From Bdellovibrio sp. (lineage in GTDB: Bacteria > Bdellovibrionota > Bdellovibrionia > Bdellovibrionales > Bdellovibrionaceae), in contig JAKFBS010000002.1 in the NCBI GenBank assembly GCA_036677065.1, forward strand, positions 32,001 through 96,000: a DNA stretch of 64,000 bases, in the 5' to 3' direction. The notes under the pieces were generated by a model, which was given only the letters and a program-made list of their open reading frames with translations, was not told where the DNA came from and did no database searches. A program made the translations under genes and the position numbers. Positions 19,231 through 28,120 of this stretch are shown piece after piece. Positions within the stretch are counted from its first letter, which is position 1, and each line of letters begins with the position of its first letter.

Positions 19231-20496
19231 TTATTTAACCCCTGGGTGTGCGGTAGGAATTTTACCTTGAGAATTAATATATTTGATAAGTTCAGGATAT
19301 TTGCTCGCATCGATTTCCATGACCATGTACTGAATGCCAGGGCCAGCAACCGAAGCTTTTTCTTCAGCGAATACAATGTAAGTGTGTTTTGATTTATTAA
19401 ACTGGTCTACTTTTTCAAAAATCCATGTTTGGTGCTCTTTAGAAAATGCACTGCTGTGGTCTAAACGGATTTCAGCTAAATTTGGGCCAGAATAAAGAGC
19501 TTTAGAATCAAAGTGCGTTTTAATCTGTTTGTTAAGCTCAATAACTTCAGAACGTAATTGTTGTGCCTGCTGAGGAATATCAATATGGTTGATACGTTCT
19601 ACTAGGTAAGCAGAGGTTTCGCGCGGGGCTGAAGCTATGACATGTGTAGCGATTGGTTCAGGGGTGGAGCGACCAACCATATTAATTGGGTTTGTCGCAA
19701 TGCCTGTAGCCAGAATAATAAAGCCCATACCGATCGCAGCTTTCATGGGTTCTTTGAATAAGACTTTAAAGAAAACATCGCGGGCTCTGCGGTATTCAAA
19801 AACCAAACGAATTTTCGTCATTGAATTTGTGCGCAATAAATTGCGTAATTCATCTTTTTTGAAATATTCAAAGAACTTAGCAAGTTTATCGATCTTAGTT
19901 AGTAATGGTCCATCAATGATGAGTGGAATTTTAATTTTAGCGTTTATGCCAGCTCCTAAGATGTCGCCTAATTCATGCTCAGTTTTTTTGATTTTAACTT
20001 CGCCAGCTTTTAAAAAACTTTCAGCAATCTTTTTTGAACCAGTTCCTGTTGGCGTACGTAGAGTGATTTTATCAACGATAAACTGGCTTTTCTCTGTAGA
20101 CATTGATTTGTAAGTCACTTCAAAGAAATAACCATCTTTAGCTGCGATACCGATTGAAAGTTCACCTTTAGTTAAAACATTTTTCTCTTCTAAGACATAA
20201 GATGTGTTTTGTAGTAATAGACGCATCATCTCGATCGATGCTTCTTCTGGTTTAGTTGAAAATCCCATTTCTTCAATGACTAGTTTTTCAACCACTTCAG
20301 AGTTTGTATGTCTTTTTAATTCTACGCGATTTGAATTTGATTTAACTGGTTCAATAATAACAGGAATCTTGCGAGCGACAGGGGCGGGTGCAGGCAATAA
20401 TAAGATGGGTTCAAAAAGCTGGCGGCAGCTATTGCCATAAGCCATAGATGAAGTGACGAAAGACAATGTATATAAAATTGCGACTAAGATTCTCAT
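19231..20496 (-). CDS. Hypothetical protein with a signal peptide and one internal TM segment
   Basis: MRILVAILYTLSFVTSSMA signal and internal hydrophobic AAIGMGFIILATGIA. Stop codon is 2 nt from the start of the VTC-like gene. Confidence 0.7.
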   Translation of the reverse strand: MRILVAILYTLSFVTSSMAYGNSCRQLFEPILLLPAPAPVARKIPVIIEPVKSNSNRVELKRHTNSEVVEKLVIEEMGFSTKPEEASIEMMRLLLQNTSYVLEEKNVLTKGELSIGIAAKDGYFFEVTYKSMSTEKSQFIVDKITLRTPTGTGSKKIAESFLKAGEVKIKKTEHELGDILGAGINAKIKIPLIIDGPLLTKIDKLAKFFEYFKKDELRNLLRTNSMTKIRLVFEYRRARDVFFKVLFKEPMKAAIGMGFIILATGIATNPINMVGRSTPEPIATHVIASAPRETSAYLVERINHIDIPQQAQQLRSEVIELNKQIKTHFDSKALYSGPNLAEIRLDHSSAFSKEHQTWIFEKVDQFNKSKHTYIVFAEEKASVAGPGIQYMVMEIDASKYPELIKYINSQGKIPTAHPGVK

Positions 20497-20619
20497 ACCA
20501 GTTGGTATAATCAAGAAATGTACCGCGACGTATGCTTATAGCTGGATTATATTGATTCTGAGTGTCTCATTTCGAGAGGCTCGGCGTGAAAAGGCACAGA
20601 TTGATATGACACTGTCTAA

Positions 20620-21498
20620 TTATTTTTCACCCTCGTAACGGTAGCGTTCTAAGAACCACTCGACCCGAGTACGCATTTTTTCTGGAAATTCCACAAGGGT
20701 TGCATCAGTGATTTCACCTTTAATAATCTGAGCGGCATACGCATCGCAAACTTCACCCAGCTTTTTATTCAGCTTTTTAAGAAAATCGATTTGTTCATTA
20801 TCGCCTTCATTTTTGTCGGCATTAAGTCTTACTTCGCCGCTCTTAAGTTCATGCTGAATTTGCATAAAACGTAAGATATCACGCATGTTCTTACGAACAT
20901 CATGAAGTTCATCGACTTCCATTGTTCGTTTCGCCATAATTTCGCGTGTGTCTTTGATGATAGCTTCAAAATACTCTTTAACTGATTTTCTAGAAGCGGG
21001 CTTTATGTCTTTAAGTAAAGCTTCAAATTCAACATCTTTAAATTTCTTAATAAGTTTTTTTGCAGCTTGTTGCGCCTGGGCGCTTTCGCCGATATTTACC
21101 ATGTCTTTAAGGTGACCAAAATCACGAACGAATTTGGCAAATTTATCAGGGCTTGCATGGTCTTTACTTGAGGTCTGAAATACCGAGCGTAAAAACGAAG
21201 TGTCTTGGCGAAATCTATTGATCTTCACTTTTTGCTCAGGCGTGATAACAGCTAGCCCTGTATAGCGAATAGTCATAAGAGTGGTTTTAAGATCTACTAA
21301 GTCAGCGTTAGCTAGTAAGTTGTAGTGTGCGGTCTCGAGAAAGCGCGCAGATTCTTTTTTGCCATTTAACGTGATAATGAATTCTTTAACTTCATACTCT
21401 TTGGCTTCAAATAGATTTTTGCAAGCTAATGCCTCAGCATTTACCTTGAGAGATACCAGCGTTAAAATCAGAATGAAAAAAGTTTTACATACGTTCAT
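20620..21498 (-). CDS. Exported CHAD-domain (polyphosphate-binding-like) protein
   Basis: Signal peptide ending VNA. Two helical half-repeats: INRFRQ...FLRS / DFGHLKD and ELHDVRKNMRDILR / LKKLNKKLGEVCD. Confidence 0.65.
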   Translation of the reverse strand: MNVCKTFFILILTLVSLKVNAEALACKNLFEAKEYEVKEFIITLNGKKESARFLETAHYNLLANADLVDLKTTLMTIRYTGLAVITPEQKVKINRFRQDTSFLRSVFQTSSKDHASPDKFAKFVRDFGHLKDMVNIGESAQAQQAAKKLIKKFKDVEFEALLKDIKPASRKSVKEYFEAIIKDTREIMAKRTMEVDELHDVRKNMRDILRFMQIQHELKSGEVRLNADKNEGDNEQIDFLKKLNKKLGEVCDAYAAQIIKGEITDATLVEFPEKMRTRVEWFLERYRYEGEK

Positions 21499-21580
21499 CG
21501 TTAGAGAATATAACGGTTTCGCACTGTTGATTTCAACTGTAATGATTCTGACAGTGTGTTGTCGAACTTATGATGGTTTT

Positions 21581-21612
21581 AAAAAACTAAGGCCACTCGA
21601 GGCGGCCTTAGT
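21581..21612 (-). terminator. Intrinsic terminator (minus strand)
   Basis: ACTAAGGCC / GGCCTTAGT stem with an A-tract on the left side. Confidence 0.75.
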
Positions 21613-21643
21613 AACACTTTTTGTCTAAATTAAGATTTTAAAA

Positions 21644-22012
21644 TTAGTAAGTATCTAAATCGTAAGACTGGCATTTGATGGTAGAAACAGTGGCTTCACA
21701 AGACGCATTGATTGTTCCGTCTCTCCAGCACTTCGTCAGTACGTTGTTGCGAACATGAGAAACAGTTTGCATGTAGATTGAATCACTTCCGTAGAACACG
21801 AAGTACGTTGCAGTATTTGTGCACTTTAGTGTAGCCATTTTCTCGTCGGCATTGTCTTGAGAAGTTTCGCATTGAAATGTTGAAGACTGTGCGTTTAAAG
21901 CTTTTAAAAAACTTGGGCTAACGTCTTTCCAGTTACAGTTCGAGCCAGCTGCTGCAAAAGTCGTAACTTGTAAGAAAATAATAATAGCTAAAATAACGCC
22001 CGCTCTGAACAT
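21644..22012 (-). CDS. Small exported Cys-rich hypothetical protein (122 aa)
   Basis: Start reassigned to MFRAGVILAIIIF after SD AGGAG. Signal peptide and six Cys. Confidence 0.7.
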   Translation of the reverse strand: MFRAGVILAIIIFLQVTTFAAAGSNCNWKDVSPSFLKALNAQSSTFQCETSQDNADEKMATLKCTNTATYFVFYGSDSIYMQTVSHVRNNVLTKCWRDGTINASCEATVSTIKCQSYDLDTY

Positions 22013-22344
22013 GAGAATCTCCTGCTTGATCTTTGAGTTCAATATTTTGAATGGTTGAGGTGATAGCTTAAGGAACAGGTATTGTTGAGTTATTGTTTGG
22101 CGGTATTTAGAATCATGAAGATTTTGCAAGGGCAGATTGAGGATAAAAAAGCCCCCTGATTTGCGTCAGAGTGCTAGGAAGCAATAAAAACTAGCCAGTG
22201 ATGCCATGAAAATAGGCACGTCTGATTTCAGCCTTGCCACCAGGGTGGTCATAGTCTAATTTAACCCTTCAAATTAAGGCTAACAGTTGAGCTATCAAGT
22301 AAACTGAATATTTCAGTTTCGCCCTGTTGGAGGAAGGTTAGACT

Positions 22345-22539
22345 ATGTCTAAGATGAAAACGCACTCTGGGGCTAAGAAACGCATGCGCGTTCTGCCATC
22401 AGGAAAAGTAAAGCGCAAACAAACAAAAATGCGCCATTTAAACTCACACATGAGTTCGAAAACAAAACGTCATTTAGGCCAAACGGTTTTGGTTGCTGAC
22501 TCTAACATGCTTCAAGTGAAGCGCCAATTCGGTTTCTAA
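22345..22539 (+). CDS. rpmI: 50S ribosomal protein L35
   Basis: MSKMKTHSGAKKR, 64 aa, directly upstream of rplT. Confidence 0.96.
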   Translation: MSKMKTHSGAKKRMRVLPSGKVKRKQTKMRHLNSHMSSKTKRHLGQTVLVADSNMLQVKRQFGF

Positions 22540-22551
22540 GAGGAGTAGCTC

Positions 22552-22899
22552 ATGGCACGTGTAAAATCGGGGATGACTAATCGTCGTCGCCACAAAAAAG
22601 TTTTAAAAAGAACAAAAGGTTACTATTCAGCGGGTTCACGCTCATACACTCACGCGGTTGAAAAAAATGACCGTGGTATGGTATTCGCTTACAAACACAG
22701 AAAAATGAAAAAACGTAACTTCCGTATGCTTTGGACACAAAGAATCAATGCGGCTGCTCGTTTAAACGGTACAACGTACTCTCGCTTAATCGGTGGATTA
22801 ATCAAAGCGGGCATTACTTTAGATCGTAAAGTTTTATCTGATATCGCGATCACTGATGCAGCGGCATTCACTGCTTTGTGTCAGCACGCGATCAAATAG
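22552..22899 (+). CDS. rplT: 50S ribosomal protein L20
   Basis: MARVK, RRRHKKVLK, FRMLWTQRINAAAR and LDRKVL. Confidence 0.97.
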   Translation: MARVKSGMTNRRRHKKVLKRTKGYYSAGSRSYTHAVEKNDRGMVFAYKHRKMKKRNFRMLWTQRINAAARLNGTTYSRLIGGLIKAGITLDRKVLSDIAITDAAAFTALCQHAIK

Positions 22900-22946
22900 T
22901 CTAATTTCTTATTAGATGTCGCTACGAAGTGGCGCAAAATATTTGC

Positions 22947-22977
22947 AAAAGGCGAGAGAAATCTCGCCTTTTTTTTT
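22947..22977 (+). terminator. Intrinsic terminator after rplT
   Basis: AAAAGGCGAGA-GAAA-TCTCGCCTTTTTTTTT. Confidence 0.88.
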
Positions 22978-22998
22978 ACTTAGGACTACTCTCTCACC

Positions 22999-24060
22999 AT
23001 GTCTGCAAACTACACTGATAAACATGCCGCATTTGAGCAACGTAAAAAGGCTCATATTGATCTGTCTCTCGATCCGAGAACTCAAGGAAAGACAGCTTCG
23101 CATTTTGATAAAATCAAATTAATTCACGAAGCCTTACCTGAAATTAATTTATCAGATGTTACTCTAGAAACGAAACTTTTAGGTTACCAATTTTCTTCTC
23201 CGCATTTTGTAAGCTCAATGACGGCAGGGCACCAGAACAGCAAAGTCATTAATATGCGTTTAGCAAAAGCGGCTGCTAAAAATAATTGGCTTATGGCCGT
23301 AGGTTCGCAACGTCGCGAACTTTCTGATTCGCAAGCCTCATTCGAATGGCAAGTCATTAAATCAGCGTCACCGCAAACACAGTTTGTTTCAAACATCGGT
23401 CTTGAAGAATTAATTCAACAACCAACGTCTGAAATTCTAAAATTAACTGAATCTGTTGAAGCTCTTGGAATTTATGTTCATTTAAATCCATTGCAAGAAG
23501 CATTTCAGAATCTTGGCCAAGCTAATTTTAAAAATGGCTTAGCTGCGATCAAAAAACTTTGCAAAGCATCACCTGTACCAGTTCTTGTTAAAGAAGTAGG
23601 TTATGGAATATCTAAAGCGACGGCGCAAAAATTATTGTTAGCTGGTGTTGAAGTGATCGATGTGGCCGGTAAAGGCGGAACTCACTGGGGGCTACTTGAA
23701 GGTTTACGTGATCAATCACAAGCCGGGCTTTTAGCTGATTCCAGTCTTGCCTTTAAAGACTGGGGCTTTAGTGCTGTTGAAAGTTTGATCCAGTGTAAAA
23801 CACTAACTAAGAAAAATTCTTTCTGGGCTTCAGGTGGAATTCGTTCTGGTGTTGATTCGGCAAAATGTTTAGCTTTAGGAGCGCGTGCAGTAGGTGTAGC
23901 GCAACCGTTAATGAAAGCGGCCATAGAATCTGATCAACATGTGTTAGATGTTATGACTCGTTTTGATTACGAATTAAAAGTGGCTCTGTTTGGAGTCGGT
24001 GCTTCGTCGCTTAAAGACTTAGCGAAAAAAAAGGTTTGTTATGTTAACGGAACTATTTAA
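22999..24060 (+). CDS. fni: Type 2 isopentenyl-diphosphate delta-isomerase
   Basis: RKKAHI, SSMTAG, GSQR, HLNPLQE, KEVGYG, GKGGT and ASGGIR. Confidence 0.93.
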   Translation: MSANYTDKHAAFEQRKKAHIDLSLDPRTQGKTASHFDKIKLIHEALPEINLSDVTLETKLLGYQFSSPHFVSSMTAGHQNSKVINMRLAKAAAKNNWLMAVGSQRRELSDSQASFEWQVIKSASPQTQFVSNIGLEELIQQPTSEILKLTESVEALGIYVHLNPLQEAFQNLGQANFKNGLAAIKKLCKASPVPVLVKEVGYGISKATAQKLLLAGVEVIDVAGKGGTHWGLLEGLRDQSQAGLLADSSLAFKDWGFSAVESLIQCKTLTKKNSFWASGGIRSGVDSAKCLALGARAVGVAQPLMKAAIESDQHVLDVMTRFDYELKVALFGVGASSLKDLAKKKVCYVNGTI

Positions 24061-25336
24061 AGGTTTTTCTAAACTGAATTATACCGAGCGTTTACAGGCT
24101 TTGAAAAAGGCTAGTGTATTAAACGCCGATGAGATTTCTTATTTAGCCAACGGTGGCTTACAAACTATCGATCTTGGTGAAAAGTTTATTGAAAATGTTT
24201 TAGGTTATTTTCAAATCCCAATGGGAGTTGCTACAAATTTTAATGTCGACGGAAAAGACTTTCTTATTCCGATGGCGGTTGAAGAAACATCAATCGTAGC
24301 AGCTGCCAGCAAAACGGCTAAATGGGTGCGCGAGCACGGCACGATCACAACTGAAGTGATTGGTAATCAAATTATCGGCCAGATTCAGTTTGCTAAACTT
24401 AAAAACCCTGAAGATTTTAAAAAACAAATCTTGCAGCAAAAAACTTATTTAATTGATCTGGCAAATCGCGAAGTCGCTTTTGGTTTAGTTAATCGTGGCG
24501 GCGGAGTTAATGATTTAACAGTTCGTATTATTGACCGTGAAGATGGTCATGCGGCTGGCTCAAGCTATATGGGTGTGGTGCATATCTTAATGGATCCGTG
24601 TGATGCCATGGGTGCAAATATCATCAATCAAGTTTGCGAGTATTTAAAACAGCCTCTAGAACAATTTACTTCTGAAAAAGTAACGATGTGTATTTTATCT
24701 AACTTAGTTGATACGAAATTAACTAAGGCGACAGTACGCATGAATCATGTTGATCCTGAATTAGCCCTTAAAATCGAAGAAGCTTCGCGCTTTGCAGAGC
24801 TTGATCCTTATCGTGCAGCTACAAACAATAAAGGCGTATTGAACGGCATTGACCCGATCTTAATCGCCACAGGTAATGACTGGAGAGCCGTCGAAGCGGG
24901 TATTCATGCTTTCGCAGCTCGTGAAGGCCGTTACAAATCAATCACGAAATGGAGAGCCGCTGGCACTGAATTAGTGGGTGAATTTATTGCGCCATTAGTG
25001 GTTGGAACTGTAGGTGGTGTAACAGCCCTTCACCCAACAGCTAAAATTGGATTGAAAATCTTAAATGTAAATTCAGCTTCTGAGTTATCTCGTATTATAG
25101 CCTCTGTAGGTTTAGTGCAAAACTTGGGTGCACTTCGTGCTCTGACCACTGTTGGAATCATCGAAGGTCACATGAAATTACACATTAAGAATTTATCTTT
25201 AGGTGCAGGCGCAACCGATACCGAAATGCCTTTTGTTGTTAAAAAATTAGAAGAGATTCTTGCTTTAAGAAAACGAATTTCTTTGGCTAATGCCGTAGAA
25301 GTTTTAAATGACATCAGAAAAAAATCTCAAATTTAG
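24041..25336 (+). CDS. mvaA: Class II HMG-CoA reductase
   Basis: IENVLG, PMAVEETSIVAA, DAMGAN, RAATNNKG, TGNDWRA and GHMKLH. Confidence 0.93.
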   Translation: MLTELFKGFSKLNYTERLQALKKASVLNADEISYLANGGLQTIDLGEKFIENVLGYFQIPMGVATNFNVDGKDFLIPMAVEETSIVAAASKTAKWVREHGTITTEVIGNQIIGQIQFAKLKNPEDFKKQILQQKTYLIDLANREVAFGLVNRGGGVNDLTVRIIDREDGHAAGSSYMGVVHILMDPCDAMGANIINQVCEYLKQPLEQFTSEKVTMCILSNLVDTKLTKATVRMNHVDPELALKIEEASRFAELDPYRAATNNKGVLNGIDPILIATGNDWRAVEAGIHAFAAREGRYKSITKWRAAGTELVGEFIAPLVVGTVGGVTALHPTAKIGLKILNVNSASELSRIIASVGLVQNLGALRALTTVGIIEGHMKLHIKNLSLGAGATDTEMPFVVKKLEEILALRKRISLANAVEVLNDIRKKSQI

Positions 25337-26177
25337 TGTTCCAGGAAAAACTTTTTTAGTCGGCGAGTACGCAGTACTTGCCGGTGGATCTTGTCTAGGT
25401 CTTGGAACAAACCCAAGCTTTTCAATCGTGCCTAATGCCAACGGCAATCCTTTTCATTCAGAGAGTCCAGCAGGACGTTACCTGCACAAAAAAAGCATCG
25501 AAAATTTTGCTCACGATTTTATAAACCCATATGGTGTGGGTGGTTTTGGCGCAAGCACGGCTGAATTTATTTTTAGTTATTATGCAAATCCCAATGCCGT
25601 CAAAAAACTTTCTGATATTTTTGAAAATTACTTGGGCTTGTATACTGATCACAACGAAAAACCAAGTGGCGCTGATCTGATCACACAGTTAATTGGTGGC
25701 GTTAGTCATGTTGATTTATCAACTTCTGAACCTAAGTTTGAAAAGTTAAGCTGGGATTTTAATGATCTAGAATTTTTACTTTTTTCGACGGGGTTAAAAG
25801 TTAAAACTCATGAGCATTTAGCAGGACTTGATCGTCGTATTTGTGCTGATCTAGTAAAGCCGAGCCATGATGTTATTGAAGCTTATAAAACTAACGATGG
25901 CCAAACTTTTACTCAAAGCTTATCCGCATGGAGCGATAAACTTGAGCATATGGGGTTAACAGCAAAACCCGTAGTTGAGCTTAAGCAGCTCTTGCAGCAG
26001 CAAATTCCAGGTATTTTAGTAAAGCCTTGTGGGGCCTTAGGCGCTGATGTGATTGCTATTCTGTGTTCAAAAACACGAAAAAAGCACGTTTTAGAGCAAA
26101 TTCAGTTGCTAAATATATCTGGGTTGAGTTTCAAGGCGGATTCATCGCATTTAACAAATGGTCCTTTGTCAATTTAG
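25308..26177 (+). CDS. Divergent GHMP kinase, probable phosphomevalonate kinase
   Basis: PGKTFLVGEYAVL, GFGASTA, SGAD and KPCGALGAD. Located in the mevalonate operon, where the other GHMP kinase fits mevalonate kinase better. Confidence 0.65.
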   Translation: MTSEKNLKFSVPGKTFLVGEYAVLAGGSCLGLGTNPSFSIVPNANGNPFHSESPAGRYLHKKSIENFAHDFINPYGVGGFGASTAEFIFSYYANPNAVKKLSDIFENYLGLYTDHNEKPSGADLITQLIGGVSHVDLSTSEPKFEKLSWDFNDLEFLLFSTGLKVKTHEHLAGLDRRICADLVKPSHDVIEAYKTNDGQTFTQSLSAWSDKLEHMGLTAKPVVELKQLLQQQIPGILVKPCGALGADVIAILCSKTRKKHVLEQIQLLNISGLSFKADSSHLTNGPLSI

Positions 26178-26203
26178 CGGCCTTTTGCTAGTATTTTTCT
26201 CTT

Positions 26204-27199
26204 ATGTCGAACACGCAAATTTCTTCGAATATTTGGTTTGAAGCCAGCGCGCCTTCTAATATTGCGCTGATCAAGTATATGGGTAAAACCGATACGGTAA
26301 ATAACCGTCCAACGAATTCGTCGTTATCTTGGACTTTAAATAATTTGCGCACGTTTGTTCGCATTAAGCAAAATAGCGAATTAACATCTGATCAATGGCA
26401 GCCCCTAAAACGTAATGATTTACTTCCGATTGAATTGTCAGAAAAAGGCCGTCAAAAATTTTTAGATTTTTTTGCTAAACTTAAAACTGAGTTTAAATTA
26501 ACTGGTTTTTTTGAAATTGAATCAGCTAATAATTTTCCGTCTGATTGTGGCCTGGCCAGTTCGGCCAGTAGTTTTGCGGCATTGACTCAAGTGGCGCATC
26601 AATATGCAGGCGCTAGATATTTACCAAAAGAGTTAGCCAGAATTTCTCAGCGAGGTTCTGGATCGTCATGCCGTTCATTTTTTTCGCCGTGGGCTTTATG
26701 GCATGAACAGGGTGCTGAAGAGATTCAGATGCCGATCAAAGAGCTCAAACACATGGTTATTTTGTGCGATGAAACTAAAAAATCAGTTTCTTCAAGCCAG
26801 GCCCATGTGCAGGTTTTAACTTCTGATTTATTTAAAGGCCGCCCAGAGCGCGCTGCTGATAGGTTACAAAAACTAATCACAGCTCTTCGTAAACCCGAAA
26901 CAGAATGGAAAAATATTTTTCAAATCTGCTGGAATGAATTCTGGGATATGCACACACTATTTCACACATCAGTGCCTGCGTTTATGTATTTAAACGGGGC
27001 TGGATTCGCAGCACTCTCAGAAATTTTAGAAATGTGGCAAAAAGACGGTGATGGGCCAATTGTTACCATGGATGCTGGTAGCAACATTCATTTATTATTT
27101 AGAACTAACCAGCCTGACAGTTATGCAAAATATTTAAATCATTTTAATACTCAGTTTAACCTTTGGACCGATGACGGTTATCAAAACCGTAAAGACTAA
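26204..27199 (+). CDS. mvaD: Diphosphomevalonate decarboxylase
   Basis: APSNIALIKYMGK, NNFPSDCGLASSAS, GSGSSCRS and TMDAG. Confidence 0.92.
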   Translation: MSNTQISSNIWFEASAPSNIALIKYMGKTDTVNNRPTNSSLSWTLNNLRTFVRIKQNSELTSDQWQPLKRNDLLPIELSEKGRQKFLDFFAKLKTEFKLTGFFEIESANNFPSDCGLASSASSFAALTQVAHQYAGARYLPKELARISQRGSGSSCRSFFSPWALWHEQGAEEIQMPIKELKHMVILCDETKKSVSSSQAHVQVLTSDLFKGRPERAADRLQKLITALRKPETEWKNIFQICWNEFWDMHTLFHTSVPAFMYLNGAGFAALSEILEMWQKDGDGPIVTMDAGSNIHLLFRTNQPDSYAKYLNHFNTQFNLWTDDGYQNRKD

Positions 27200-27201
27200 T
27201 C

Positions 27202-28107
27202 ATGGCTGAAAGTTTTGAAACACTGAAATCAGATTGGTCAGTACAGGTTCCAGGTAAATGGATCTTGGCCGGTGAACACGCGGTCTTACGCGGAAGCCAA
27301 GCGATTGTATTTCCGTTAAAGTCTAGATTTTTAAGTTTAAGTTATTTCAATAAAGACTCAGAGTTTAAAATTTTAATTGCCGGCCTATGTGCTTCAGACC
27401 TAGAAATGATTATCTGGTCTGTCGTAGAGCGCGCCCTAGGTGAATTGCAGCTTAAACGCTCTGACCTTAAGGGTGAACTTAAAATCTATTCGCATATTCA
27501 GTTCGGTGCAGGCATGGGAGCTTCGGCGACTTTAGCTGTAGGGCTTACTTTGTTTTTTCAACATTTAGGTGTTTTAAAAGCTGATCCATTTTTATTTGCT
27601 AAAAAAATTGAAGATTTGTTTCACGGCGAAAGCAGTGGGGTGGATGTGGCTGTTGCGCTTCATCAAAAGCCAATGATTTTTGAAAAGAACAAAGAAAATA
27701 TCTTTTTTGATTTAAAAAAGCTTCCGCTACTTTATTTGTCGTACACCGGTCAGCGTGGAGTCACTAAAGACTGTGTTAACAAGGTCAAAGATCTTATCAT
27801 CGAAAAACCAGAACACGCTAATGCGGTTGATGAGCGTATGAAAAAAGTGGTGCAAGATTTTATTTCATCTCGTTTTGAATGGACTGAACAAGAATGGATC
27901 GAACATTTGAATTTAGCCCAGAGCTGTTTTGAAAGCTGGGATCTAGTGCCAGCGATCGTTGAACAGCATATGTTAAAATTAAAAAAAGCAGGAGCTCTTG
28001 CCTGCAAATTAACTGGCTCAGGTAGCGGTGGCTACGTTTTAAGTTTATGGAGTCATAAACCTACCGAGTCTGAATTGAACGCTGAACTTATCCCTGTGTT
28101 TTTATAA
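27202..28107 (+). CDS. mvk: Mevalonate kinase
   Basis: PGKWILAGEHAV, GAGMGASA, FHGESSGVD and KLTGSGSGG. Confidence 0.8.
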   Translation: MAESFETLKSDWSVQVPGKWILAGEHAVLRGSQAIVFPLKSRFLSLSYFNKDSEFKILIAGLCASDLEMIIWSVVERALGELQLKRSDLKGELKIYSHIQFGAGMGASATLAVGLTLFFQHLGVLKADPFLFAKKIEDLFHGESSGVDVAVALHQKPMIFEKNKENIFFDLKKLPLLYLSYTGQRGVTKDCVNKVKDLIIEKPEHANAVDERMKKVVQDFISSRFEWTEQEWIEHLNLAQSCFESWDLVPAIVEQHMLKLKKAGALACKLTGSGSGGYVLSLWSHKPTESELNAELIPVFL

Positions 28108-28120
28108 TTGGATTTAAAAT

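Noticed and set aside
19231..20496. RVELK as a CYTH/VTC N-terminal motif in the TM protein
   Set aside because: None of the other tunnel motifs follow, so it is probably coincidental.
14448..22344. Prophage or mobile element
   Set aside because: No integrase, transposase, phage gene or att-like repeat was recognised.
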